NCBI RefSeq assembly: GCF_009914755.1 | Contig: NC_060925.1 | Reading direction: 5' to 3' (one strand) | Length of the DNA stretch: 64,000 nucleotides | From: the human T2T-CHM13v2.0 reference genome, Homo sapiens | Translations under genes and position numbers: made by a program | Part shown: positions 1 to 11,518 of the stretch, piece by piece | Layout of the letters: the number at the start of each line of letters is the position of its first letter | Position numbering within the stretch: position 1 is the first letter of the stretch | Notes under the pieces: generated by a model | What the model was told of the DNA's origin: nothing | What the model saw: the letters and a program-made list of their open reading frames with translations, nothing else | Database searches by the model: none

Positions 1-290
1 AGGCAAAAGGAGGTTATTAAAAGACTTCCGGGAAAGGAGAGCAAAGTGTAAAAGCTCCAGGGTCAGAGATATCCAACAGGGAAAGAAGGCCCTGATGGCT
101 GGAGTTTAAGCAACTAGTGGGAGAGTGACCCAGGGTGAAGCTGCAAGATAAGAATGCCATGTTTTATTTAGTCTTTGTTTAGGGTTTTGAACTTTATTCT
201 ATAAGAAATGGGAAGCCATGAAAGTTTTTTAAAGTAGAAGAATGGTATGATCAAGTGTGTATTTTGAAGTATTACTCTGATTGCAATGTA
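1..290 (-). mobile_element. L2 LINE fragment
   Basis: Antisense L2 motifs: tttattctataagaaatgggaagccatgaaagttttt...atgatcaagtgtgtattttgaagtattactctg. Confidence 0.65.
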
Positions 291-694
291 TGTGTAATTG
301 CATATTCATATACTCACTTGGTTGAATGTGTGAAAATCAACCAAGGCAAGTGATTTCTGGAGATGGGCTCAGTCATTTCCTGTGCATGCTAGCCTGGGTG
401 GTAATCATAAGTGCCATTAGAAACCAAAATAGTACATTTCTACCATATATTAACACCGTTGCAATTTAGCATGTTGTGGCACTTAAAAGGCAGATCTCTG
501 TTTTTAATCAGAGGCCAGAAAGAAAAACCTACACTCCAGAAGGATTTCCCTCTCTCAGTCACTGGCTCTCATTCTGTTTTCCTACATAAAATTATAATCA
601 TCAATTTTTAATCATCTGAATAATGAACGATGTGCTGTTCTTGTTCTGCAGTTTGTTTTCATGATTTCCACTACCCCTACCCCTACACTACCCC

Positions 695-797
695 TACACT
701 GTAAGATCCTTGATAATTTTTAATGGGTCTTATCTTTTTATCCTCCATGCCTAACATAGTACCTAGTACATAGCAGGTAAATAAATATTATGAATAA
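695..797 (+). mobile_element. L2 3' end
   Basis: gtaagatccttga...atgcctaacatagtacctagtacatagcaggtaaataaatatta resembles the L2 terminus. Confidence 0.6.
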
Positions 798-879
798 CTA
801 TCATATTTTTATCTTAAAACTTCATTGCAGATCATTATTTAGCATTACTCTTTTTCCACATAGCAGAGAGTATAGAAAG

Positions 880-1075
880 CCTAAGGGGAAAAGATTTCCA
901 GTGATATACAAATAGATAAAGGGCATCAATGGCCAACTCACAAAAAAGGGAATACAAGCAGTTAATGAAAATGTGAAAATTGAGTCAACCCAATCAGTAA
1001 TCAAAGCAATGTCAAAAAATTATAATGACATAGAGTTTTTCACACATCAAACTGGCAAAGATTTTTTAAGGAAAT
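880..1075 (+). mobile_element. Old L1 (L1M) ORF2 3' fragment
   Basis: caactcacaaaaaagggaatacaagca...tcagtaatcaaagcaatg...cacacatcaaactggcaaag resembles degenerate late ORF2. Confidence 0.55.
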
Positions 1076-1167
1076 GAAGGTGCAATAAAATTAACAGGTT
1101 CGTAAGATTCCATAATGAGTAAAAACTTAGTATAGTATATAGGCAGGGCAGTTGAGCAATACATAGC

Positions 1168-1527
1168 TTTCTTAGTCTATTTGGCTGCCATAACTAAATA
1201 CCATGAAGTGGTTAGCTTATAAACAGACATTTACTGCTCCCGATTCTGGAGGTTGGGAAGTCCAAGATTAAAACATTGGCAAATTTGGTGTCTGGCGAGC
1301 ACCCACCCTCCGGTTCATGGATGATGCCTTCTCGCTGTGTCCTCAGATGGCAGAAGGGACAATGCAACTCTCCAGGTTGCTTTAATAAGGGCACTAATCC
1401 CATTTATGAAAGTTCTGCCCTCATGATCTAATCACCCCTCAAAGGGCCCACCTCATAATATCCTCACATTGGTGATTAGGTTTTAACATGTAAATTTTGG
1501 GAGGACACAAACATTTAAACCATAGCA
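1168..1527 (-). mobile_element. MLT1A0-type MaLR solo LTR
   Basis: Full-length LTR (cttagtctatttggctgccataac...gaggacacaaacatttaaaccatagca) flanked by 5-bp TSD ATAGC at 1163-1167 and 1528-1532. Confidence 0.9.
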
Positions 1528-1719
1528 ATAGCCAAACGGTAAATATGTGCTTTCTCTGAGTCATCAACTTTATTTCTGATTTTTTTAAGAAAACAATATT
1601 CTTTTTGCAAGATGTATCCAAAAATATGTTCATTCTGAAGTTGTTCATGCAAAAATAAAATAGCATATATGCCCTATAACAGGTGACTGATAGATAACTG
1701 ATTATTAATAACTGACATT

Positions 1720-2181
<462 letters not shown>

Positions 2182-2597
2182 TCATGGACAAGTAACAAAC
2201 ACATATTAGTTAATTATACAAAAAAGTAAAAGTTATTTTACAAGCTCCATTGCACTCTGAGCAGATAGACCAATACAAAAACCTTTTATAAATGTGTATG
2301 TTTGTGCATGCAGGGTAAAAACCTCATTACTCCCACCCTTGATACATATTAGGTATTCTGTAATTTTTTTATATGAAGTGTTTTACATGAAAAGCTGAAT
2401 ACCAAATTTGTCTATAATCTATAGTCCATTATTAGCAAAATAATTATCATCAGTCTGGAGCAAATTATTTTTAAGAGTTATAGAAATTGGCAAGTAGCAC
2501 AAACTCCTTAAGCTTTAACTAGGCAAAATAATCTAAATATGTGGAGAATGTCCTATTATAAGATAGTTGTTTGAATGTTTTGATTTATTTAATCTAT

Positions 2598-3135
2598 GAA
2601 ACAGCAATCCTGTCAGTCTCTCACTCCAAACCCATTATGTCTTCCCATTTCACTCAGTAGAAAAATTGTACAATGGCCTGCAAGACATGTATGTATATAT
2701 CTAGCTTTTTGTTTCTTCTCTCCTTCTCATTCCTGCTATTCTTGTTTACTCCAACTCCACCCACAGAGATTTTTCCACTTGCTCTTCCCTCTGTCTGCAT
2801 TGATATTCCACACTAGGTATTTCAACAGATAGCCCTTCATCAGCTTCAAGCACTTGCATAATGACCACCTTCTCAGTAAGGTCTTCTCGAATACCATATT
2901 TAAAATTGCAGCTCACATTTCTCACATTCACTACCCCCCTTTTCCTATTTTATTTTTCTCCCTAGCAATAGAATACAAATGACATTCTATTTGTTTTAGT
3001 GATGCGTGCGCTCATTGCCTGCCTTCTCCTAATAGAATGTAAGTTCCCTGAGGCTGTTTTGTTCACTGCTGTATCATCAGTGTCTGAACCAGTGCCTAGC
3101 ATATTGTAGATGCTCAATAAATGTTTTTGAAAAAA
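2598..3135 (+). mobile_element. L2 (L2a-like) 3' region
   Basis: accttctcagtaaggtcttc...tagaatgtaagttccctgagg...gtgcctagcatattgtagatgctcaataaatg. Confidence 0.8.
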
Positions 3136-3164
3136 CTCATGAAACAGATTGTGGGTTATAGTCT

Positions 3165-3342
3165 CTTTTCATACTTATGTATTAGCATTTAATATTCTAC
3201 ATTTATGTGTCTGTCTCATCCACCAGACAGAACTGTTCAAAGGCAAGGACTACACCTTACTAATCTTTGAATCACTCAGTTTAGACAGTGTCTGGATTTA
3301 AGTAGATGTGCTCTAAATATATGTTGATTGAACAAGCAAATG
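3165..3342 (+). mobile_element. L2 3' end
   Basis: tgtctgtctcatccaccagacagaactgttcaaaggcaaggac...gtagatgtgctctaaatatatgttgattgaa. Confidence 0.7.
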
Positions 3343-4631
3343 GAATAAAAATCATCATGTTTGTGTACTTTCCCAAAAGCACCCACCTCGGTGCATCTTT
3401 AGGTATTCAAAAATTGAAATTTATCATGTTTGTCAATCAGAGAAACTCTAAGCTAAGAGCTTGCTCTGAAACACATTTCTCATTCTTGTCTTAACAACTC
3501 ACTTGACAATATTTGATAAATACAGTCATTTGTGCAAAGGACCTTGGTATTTCCAATAAATTTGAAAATATTTCCCATTTCCTTGTATCTTTCCTTCAAC
3601 ATGTTCAAATAGTTTAATTTGTTTTGTTGTTTCAAATATTCTGAGCAGTTTCTTCTCCATTTATTAAAAATTTTATTAAATTTTAAAGAATATTCACATC
3701 TTATTTGCAGAATTTAAGGGAAAGATTATTTGGTACTTTGTGTCTTAAACAGAATAACCATTCTGAAAGTATTTTGACAATCTTTTGGAAGAACCGATAT
3801 ATTACGTGCTTATGCCATTGTATGTGTTGTGTATATATAGATATATACATGTATGTCTGTATGTATATTTTAAATCATCCATCATACTTTTTCCAATTGT
3901 TGCTTAAAATGAGTCATCACTAGATTCATTAATTCAACTATCTTGTTTTAGGCTTCAATGAAAAGAGCTTATAGATTTTTCCTTTTTTTATTTATTTTTC
4001 TTATCTGGGGGTTGGTGTTGCGGGTGCTGATTACTATCACTCTTCCAAGTAGCACAAATACATTTCACAATGTGAACTTTGATAAATGTCCAAATGGATT
4101 TTAAAACTAAGCAAATTGAACCGCTTTTTGAGTCCCATAATTTATTCCAGCCATCTGTGTCACACACACTTTTGTTTCTTAAAGGCTTTATACATTTTTT
4201 AATTTTTTTGCCCATCTTCCAACCCAGCAGCACCTTAGGATGTAACAGCATTAACATATTTCAAGATTAACTTTGACCCCCTGAAGAATATAATAAGAAG
4301 AAAAATGAGAAACATTTTTCAATTTAACTATTTTCAATTTGGAGATTAAAAAGTATAGAACCAAAAACATTCTTTTGGCATGATACTTTCTATTTAAAGG
4401 CCACCAAATGTTTCTTTCTGGGAGATTGTATTGAGTGGTTAGGATCTTGGCATCCACTATTGTTCTAGGGAAAGATTTTCCTGGCCCACACTTGTTGTTC
4501 CTGGGTAATGAATGACTAGAGTATATGGACAGAGCCACCTTCCCATCTGTACTAGCTTTAACTACCATTGATTGCTGTGTTGCATCCTCTGTTGAACCAT
4601 GCATGCTTAATCATTAATTTTACTTAGAGCT

Positions 4632-4742
4632 AATAAAAATAGCTGACTTTATTGATCATCTACTGTATGCCCAGGACATTACACATGATCTTTTATTTAA
4701 TTACCACAATAATCTGAAATTAAAAATGTAGAAACTGACACT
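4632..4742 (-). mobile_element. MIR fragment
   Basis: aatagctgactttattgatcatctactgtatgcccagg...gaaactga. Confidence 0.55.
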
Positions 4743-4924
4743 TATGTATTGTATTGGAGTTTCAGATACCTAATTTCTTTCTTGGGGGTGGTAGGTAGGA
4801 GTTATTGAAACACCACCACAATATCGTGAATTTTATTTATTTATTTTAAATGCAGTATACTTTATAAACAGCTTTTTTTGGTTTTATAAACGTCCAAATG
4901 GATTTTATTTTGGTTTTATTCATG

Positions 4925-5100
4925 GAACTAACATTTAGAGTTCCTATTTTGCTAAGCAATTTATTAGACATTGTATATTAATTATCATATAATTAAGAAA
5001 ATCGAGGCTTCACAATGTTAATGCTGTATCTTCACAAGACTAATGGGTGGCAGATCTTGGATTCTTGCCCAGGACTCCTTCACTCAATACCTTCTATTTT
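4925..5100 (-). mobile_element. MIR fragment
   Basis: aagaaaatcgaggcttcacaatgttaa...ctaatgggtggcagatcttggattc. Confidence 0.55.
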
Positions 5101-5534
5101 ACATGTCTGCCTTGAAATAGAGTAATGTGTTCCCTTACAGAATTTTCCTATTTTGCTGTTCTATTCTAGTCTAATCTGTGACCTATGAGAATCCTGATTA
5201 AAGAATGATAATATCTATTTCATGGTTTTTCCTTGTTAGAGTACGAAACAAACATATGTATATACCTATTATATATGACTAAATATATTACAGGTATCAT
5301 CCACATCCTAAATAAATATGTATAGTTGTAATTGTTACGCATAGTAAATCCATGCCTACGCGATGAGTTGTATCACAGATTTTGACAGAAATATAATGTG
5401 TTAAATACTTTGTCATCTTCCTCTCATCATTTTAACTAAGCTAAATTGCTAAACATAGAACATAAATTTCTAATCAACTTGTATGTGCTTTGATACAAGA
5501 AGCAATTCATACTTTAAAGTAGATTTTTCTGGGC

Positions 5535-5900
5535 ATAAGAAAAATTTGACTAAAGTGATAAAAATAGGGAATGATAAAAGAGTTTCAGATTCTTTAGCTT
5601 AGAGAAGACAAAGCTGGCTAAGCTTGAATAAATTATTGTATTCAAATAGTTTTTATCAGAATAGTGAGCAGTTGTTTTCTATTTTGACATCAGGTCATGA
5701 AATAGGTTTAATAAATTGAGACAATGTAATTGGATATAAAAAATAACTTCTTTATGTCAAAGATAAAATATTAGCGTGGACTACCAGGGATGATATGAAG
5801 TCTTTATCCTGGAAATCTGAACAAAGAACATAAACAGCCATTTATCCCAGCTGCAAAAAGCAACCTGATGGACAATGTGATCCTTAATAGTCTTTTCTAA
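5535..5900 (+). mobile_element. L3/CR1 LINE 3' fragment
   Basis: tttagcttagagaagacaaagctg...ttgtattcaaata and ggactaccagggatgatatgaagtctttatcctggaaat...atgtgatccttaatagtcttttctaa follow the recalled L3 3' consensus. Confidence 0.6.
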
Positions 5901-6194
5901 TGTTTTGTTTTTATAGACATCATAACTTTTTCTTCTCTTTCCTTTCACATATCCCTGCCTTTTATGATAATAGTACCTTAAAGCAGGAGCGATTTCTGAT
6001 TTTTATTTTTAAACATACCTGACTATAAGATATTAACTGCAATTTCTCTTTTATGTTAAATTTTCAATAAGTGAAAATGGTAATGTATTAGCCAGTTCTT
6101 CAGGAAAAATGCAGATTTCAAGGTAGGTCACATTTCTATTATATCCCATAACATACATACAGCAATTAGATTGATGGTTGAAAAACATATTTAC

Positions 6195-6730
6195 ATCATA
6201 ACACTCCCCTGTTAACCTATCAATGGATTCTCATTAAAATTAAAGTAAAGCACACATTACTTACATTGGCCTACAATGACTATACCTCTGTGTATCTGTG
6301 ATCTCATGTCATCTCCATTTTACTCCAGCTTATACCACGTCAGCCACTGTGGCTTTACTATTTATCCAGCATATTAATTCTAAGCTCTTTCTATTATTTG
6401 TACTTGGATGAATATCAAAATGGTACACAGCAGGCAACTATTCAATGATGTTGGATCAGGATCTTCCTTAAGTAGGAAAAAGCAAGTGCAAAGTCATCGA
6501 CTTCCCTTTCCATCATTTTCCCCTGAATATGAATGGGTACATATACACATCAATGCCCATCAGTTTCTCCCGATCGTTTTCTTTATTCTATATACGCTGA
6601 CTTTGTATCTATATCTGTATACTTGTATATTGTCAGTTTCTTCTTCTCTACCATGAGTATTGTGTGTTCTTTGCTGTGTTGCCTACACCTAGAATGGTGC
6701 CTGGCACATGATAGACACTTAATAAATAAA
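6195..6730 (+). mobile_element. L2 fragments
   Basis: caatggattctcatt...ttacattggcctacaatg and terminal cctagaatggtgcctggcacatgatagacacttaataaata. Confidence 0.7.
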
Positions 6731-7787
6731 CCTTTCACTTCACTTTCAATTTAAAAGTAGATATTATTTCTGCAATGTCAAAATATGAAAAATATTGTTT
6801 ATAGTTGTGACTATAGTTGAAGTCAATATATTTGTGAGTGAATATTATACTTTCCATCCATATAGTTTGTCATCATGGAAAGAGAGCCGTAGTCTAAAGG
6901 TGAAGTGGGAAGTACAATTTGCAAAAATCATTACCATTCCTTTCTAAATCCAAATCAAGGCTTATTGTCTTTGGGTAAACATGTATTATTTAAGAAACTT
7001 ATACTGAAGTTCTTCTCTCCATATAAGAAAACGTTTTCTGTTAAAAAGATGTGATTCTCTGATGTGAGAAGAATTTATTCCATTCCTTATCTGAGAATTT
7101 CATTACCATTTGCATGTTGCCTGGAATACAAATTGTACTGAGTAATCAATCATTGTTTAATTGCCGCTCAAGTAAACCCTTGTAATCAGACTTGCTATAA
7201 AAATGTTAAGGTGTGCAAAAAGCATAAGGTGGCATTTTCCCCTCCTTCTTATTATGCCTGTGTAACTTCCATTAATACTAATAGGAGGCACAGCTGGTCG
7301 TCAACAGGAGATTACAGGTTGCTGTTTAAATCATATTTTATTTTTATAACTTGGCAAGATTTATGTATTGAAATCAGGTGGCCAGATTTTTGCTGTTGTT
7401 AAGAAATCTTTTACTCTGAAAGAATGAGATTGGGGGGTGGGAATTGGGTCTCACATTTTTTATTTTAGGAATATAAAGACTCGAAATCCAAGCAGCAGCT
7501 TGTCCTTATACAGCAAGTCTGTCTTATTCTTTAGCACCAGCTGGAGTCCCGTTTCTAATTTGCTGTGAAGAATTAAGTGATTTGAGACCCATACCCTGGA
7601 GTATTTGACCTCCAATGTCAACCAGCTAGCTTGCAATTCCCTTGGCTGGAAAGTTTCTCCAGAATTGATTTGAACTAACATCAGTTAAAACACTCTGAAA
7701 TATGGTAGTAAATATCATTGCAAATCTGAGTATGACTTTATAGCCGTGAAAATAAACACACTGTAGAATATTAAAGAAAAGAGTTTA

Positions 7788-8060
7788 GGAGCATGGAGAG
7801 CCTTGAAGATCAGAAATGTTGTGGCAATAGAACGATTCACCTCAGGGTCGTCAGTTTAAGTCTGGCACAGTTGGTTCGCTACACTGTCTGAAGATGGTTG
7901 TTTGTAGCATATGTTAACTGTGCCAGTGCTTGCAAATTCATTTCATAGGGTTCAGGTCCATTTGTCATAAAACAGTTATTCCTGTTATTTTCAATTGCCA
8001 CAGTGTTGACAATCCTAGAGGAGAATAGAAGGACTAATAAGAACAAAGTTAATGCAGTAT
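7788..8060 (+). mobile_element. LF-SINE (LFSINE_Vert)-like ancient SINE relic
   Basis: Collinear blocks match the recalled LF-SINE consensus: ttcacctcagggtc, gtttaagtctggcacag, tctgaagatggttgtttgtagcatatgttaactg, catttcatagggttcaggt, tcataaaac, aattgccacagtgttgacaatcctag, aaggact. Confidence 0.7.
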
Positions 8061-8735
8061 CTTCGTTACCCCAAGCACAAGCCAGTCTCCTTTCCCCCAA
8101 TCTTCATTTTCTCATGCTGTTGCCCTCACTCACCTAGATTCTCTCCATTTTTTTTTCTCTATACTTAATCTAGTCCTTTAAATTATCTAATTCATTCCTT
8201 CTCCCTCTCCATGAAACTTCTCCCAGTTATTCCTGTTACTGGTAGATTTCTATCATTCCTGAACTTGGTTGGTACCAACGACCTGAAATTAGATATAATA
8301 CCAGTGCAACTAAGTAATAAGGTCAATAGTGCTGGAAGGATTGGTAGGTAGGAGGACACTGTGGTAGCCAGAAGAATAAATATCAATGTCCCCATAACTC
8401 TTTTGAAACTCCTCAGTCCTTATTCTCTCTTCATTTTTTCTTTTTCCAGCTTTCATCTCAGTTAATTAACCACATCATATGAAACCATATCCTGCTCCTC
8501 ACCCTGAAATCTCTGGCTGCTCACCCTAGAAACACCACCTGCTAACAACCTGCAGTGCTGGTATCCATCTTTGGCCACCACCTATCCTAACTTGCTGGAC
8601 TAGCACCCTATGCCAAGAAGGGTACAAAAAACGTATACGGAAGTAAGTCCTACCCACATGAGACAATAAAATGGACGGATGAGAAAGTGGATAGAAAGTG
8701 CCAGGCGTTAGTCGAGATCAAAACGTGATAAGTGC

Positions 8736-9034
8736 AGCTGGGCATGGTAGCTCACATCTGTAATCCCAGCACTTTGAGAGGCTGAGATGGGAGGATTGTC
8801 CAGGAATTCAAGACCAGCTGGGACAACATAGTGAGACCTGTCTCTACTAAAAATTAGAAAAAATAAATAAATAAACCAGGTGTGGTGGTGCATGCCTGTA
8901 TTCCTAACCACTGGAGAGACTGAGGCAGGAGAATTGTTTAACCCCAGGAGTTCCAGGCTTCAGTGAGCTATGATCACCACTGCACTTCAGCCTGGGTGAT
9001 AGAGCAAGACCCTGTCTCAAAACAAAACAAAACA
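8736..9034 (+). mobile_element. AluJ SINE
   Basis: Dimeric Alu with J-type right arm (caggagttccaggcttcagtgagctatgatc...agaccctgtctc); degenerate TSD gtgataagtg/gtgttaagtg. Confidence 0.92.
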
Positions 9035-9263
9035 CCTAGGTGTTAAGTGTGCATTCTGGTTGGAAAATAATTAAATAGCGATTACCTTTCACAACCAATT
9101 TCCTACATATATTACTTTCATATGTTTATTGAGGTACTTGGTGCATCTAATACTATTTTTCAAATATACTGTAAGTTAATTTAGCTTTATGCCTTTGTGT
9201 AATTTCCAACCTTGAACTTGCATGTTTTTTTCCCCATGAGTAAAACGATATGATGAGACTGAG

Positions 9264-9490
9264 TAACAAAAATAGCCACCATTTATTGAGAGATTATGTT
9301 ATGCCACACACTCCTTTAAGTGCATGATATACATTATACATACTCATATGATACTTAATTATCAATCCAGAAGATATTATTATGCTTATTTTACAGTTCA
9401 GGAGAATGGGCCTCTAGGAGTTTAAGTTCCTTGACCCAAGACACTACCTAGTTAGGCACATTAAAGACCTAGCCTGAGATTCTGTCACAA
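9264..9490 (-). mobile_element. MIR
   Basis: aatagccaccatttattgag...cttattttacagttcaggagaatgg...ttaagttccttgacccaagacac. Confidence 0.7.
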
Positions 9491-9569
9491 TACATCAAAT
9501 TTGCTGCAAGAAAATATTATGTTTGTGCATTCAACTCAGTGCTTTATCATATATAGTGGAAAAAAGGAA

Positions 9570-9735
9570 GGCTGTTTATATGCTATTGTACACCAATTCT
9601 TGCTTGTTTAAGTCTTTTGTTACTAGGTCAGATTTTGAGTGTAATATTCCAGTAATTGATATATGCACTTCTTGTTCGTCCTTGACATCGCATGACACCT
9701 CATGGTACACTGAATAAATGTTCAACAAATAAATG
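9570..9735 (+). mobile_element. L2 3' end
   Basis: ttgtttaagtcttttgttactaggtcagattttgag...catggtacactgaataaatgttcaacaaataaatg. Confidence 0.5.
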
Positions 9736-9778
9736 CATGTGGCTTTGATTTGATGTTCTGATAAAATTGTGGGATCTT

Positions 9779-9854
9779 GTTATTCCTTTTATTTTCAATT
9801 GCCACAGTGTTGCAATCCTAAAGAAGAATCGAAGGACTAATAAGGACAGAGTTA
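9779..9854 (+). repeat. Direct duplicate of 7975-8051
   Basis: Manual alignment gives 70/77 identical positions (6 substitutions, one 1-nt gap). Confidence 0.95.
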
Positions 9855-10217
9855 GGGTAGTAGCTTTCAGGGATGTGAGGTTTGAACCCCTTGGTTTAAA
9901 ATTGAAAGAAAAATTTTTCCTACCTCCTATTACAGTACCTAAGACCGTATGCAGTACACATCCTGGTTTTCTAGTAATGAAGTTTTAAGAAATATGTGAT
10001 CACTTTCATTCACATTTTTTTCTGAATATGTGATAAAATCATAAAACACAAAACATTAAAGGGGAAAATACAAAATACTCATAATTGTACTATCAACATT
10101 TGAATTTATATCAATTTATGGAAATTTTGATTTGTTATCTTTTTTACTTAACTTGAAATGTGATTTTTAGTAGATTCATATTATTCTAAATTTTGGATGT
10201 TCCCTAAAATATTAATA

Positions 10218-10595
10218 TGTGTAGGCTAGGTTATGCTACAATAACAAATCACTCCAGAAATTTCAGAGGCTTAATGCGACAAAGGTGTATGTCTTGCTCA
10301 CGTTACATATCCCATGTGGGCTGGTAGAAAGCTTCTGCTCTATACAGATACACAGGGACTTGAGCTGCCAGAGGTTGCAATTTCTTTTGATTATACCTTC
10401 AGGAACATATGGCCTCCTCAGTCCAAGTGGTTATAAAGATGCAGAAATTTCTCACCTCAAAGTAAAATACTTAAATAAGAAATGACATATGTCACTTCTA
10501 CTCATAGTTCAATGGCCAGAACAAGTTGCATTACAGTGCCTAATTGTAAGGGGTGTGCAGACTGTAAAGGAACACATGGGATATTTTATGTAATT
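10218..10595 (-). mobile_element. Old MLT1 (MLT1J/K-like) MaLR LTR
   Basis: gctaggttatgctacaataacaaatc...ttcagaggctta...gtcacttctactcatagttcaatggccagaac. Confidence 0.75.
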
Positions 10596-11470
10596 AACCC
10601 TCCTCAATTTCTTTCTTAAATAGATGTCCCTCAGTTTTATATTTAGCAGTGTTTTCTCAAAGTTCGGGGTATAAAGAAAGGCATCCTTCCTTTTTTCAAG
10701 TGTTAATAAATCTGTAATAGTTACTAGCCTTTAGACTTCAGACTTAGGTTCACTCAAAATATAACTTACGTGTTCTATAATAAAAGTTAATTTCTATTTT
10801 GAATCCTCAATCAGCCAAGTGGCAAAACAAAATCTCAGCCAATCTAATACTTCTTCTCCCATTCACCTAGAGTTTCTTCTAAATTTAGGGGGTAGCAAAG
10901 TGCCCATATTTCAGGCAGGAGAGTGAGGCACCTGGGCCCTAGTCATTTGCATGTTCCAGTGTGGTGACTGATGAGATGAGCATCACCCATTCTATTCGCT
11001 GGTCCATCTGCATGAGTACAAGAAGCTTCTGTTTCCTAAAGAAAAGACTCTCAAAGCGTTGTGTTCTCTCTCAGTTGCTGCTGTGCCAGTGTGGGCCTCA
11101 TATTCTGCTCTGAATGTGTCAAAGATGGGGTGCTGGCAAGGGGATGTAAAACATCAGGGCTCAGATTCTTTTCTCAGAGTCCCAGTAGTGACTAGTTTTT
11201 TTCCCTTGATAGGGAGGATAGGAAGTGTAGAAATTGGCTGATTGCATATTCTCCCAAATCTTACAATGTACCGTAACTTCAGGTTTTGAAATCAAGAGGC
11301 TAAAATTTGACTTTTCTAAAACTTGTCTTCTGTTTTAATAACTCTCAGCTGAAGCTATAATCCCGCTGACTGAGTAGAGGCAAAAATGAGGAAAAAAAGT
11401 TGAAAAATGCATACCTTTCATCAAAATATCATTCTATGAAAGAGATACATATATATGTTTGTGTATGTAA

Positions 11471-11471
<1 letters not shown>

Positions 11472-11516
<45 letters not shown>
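11472..11516. repeat. (TG)22 microsatellite
   Basis: Perfect 45-nt TG run. Confidence 0.99.

Positions 11517-11518
<2 letters not shown>

Noticed and set aside
7863-7960. tRNA gene suggested by A-box-like TGGCACAGTTGG and B-box-like GGTTCAGGTCC
   Set aside because: No cloverleaf can be built; the region is better explained as an LF-SINE relic
10945-10952. Octamer motif ATTTGCAT
   Set aside because: Occurs several times in the window, including inside repeats; expected by chance in AT-rich DNA
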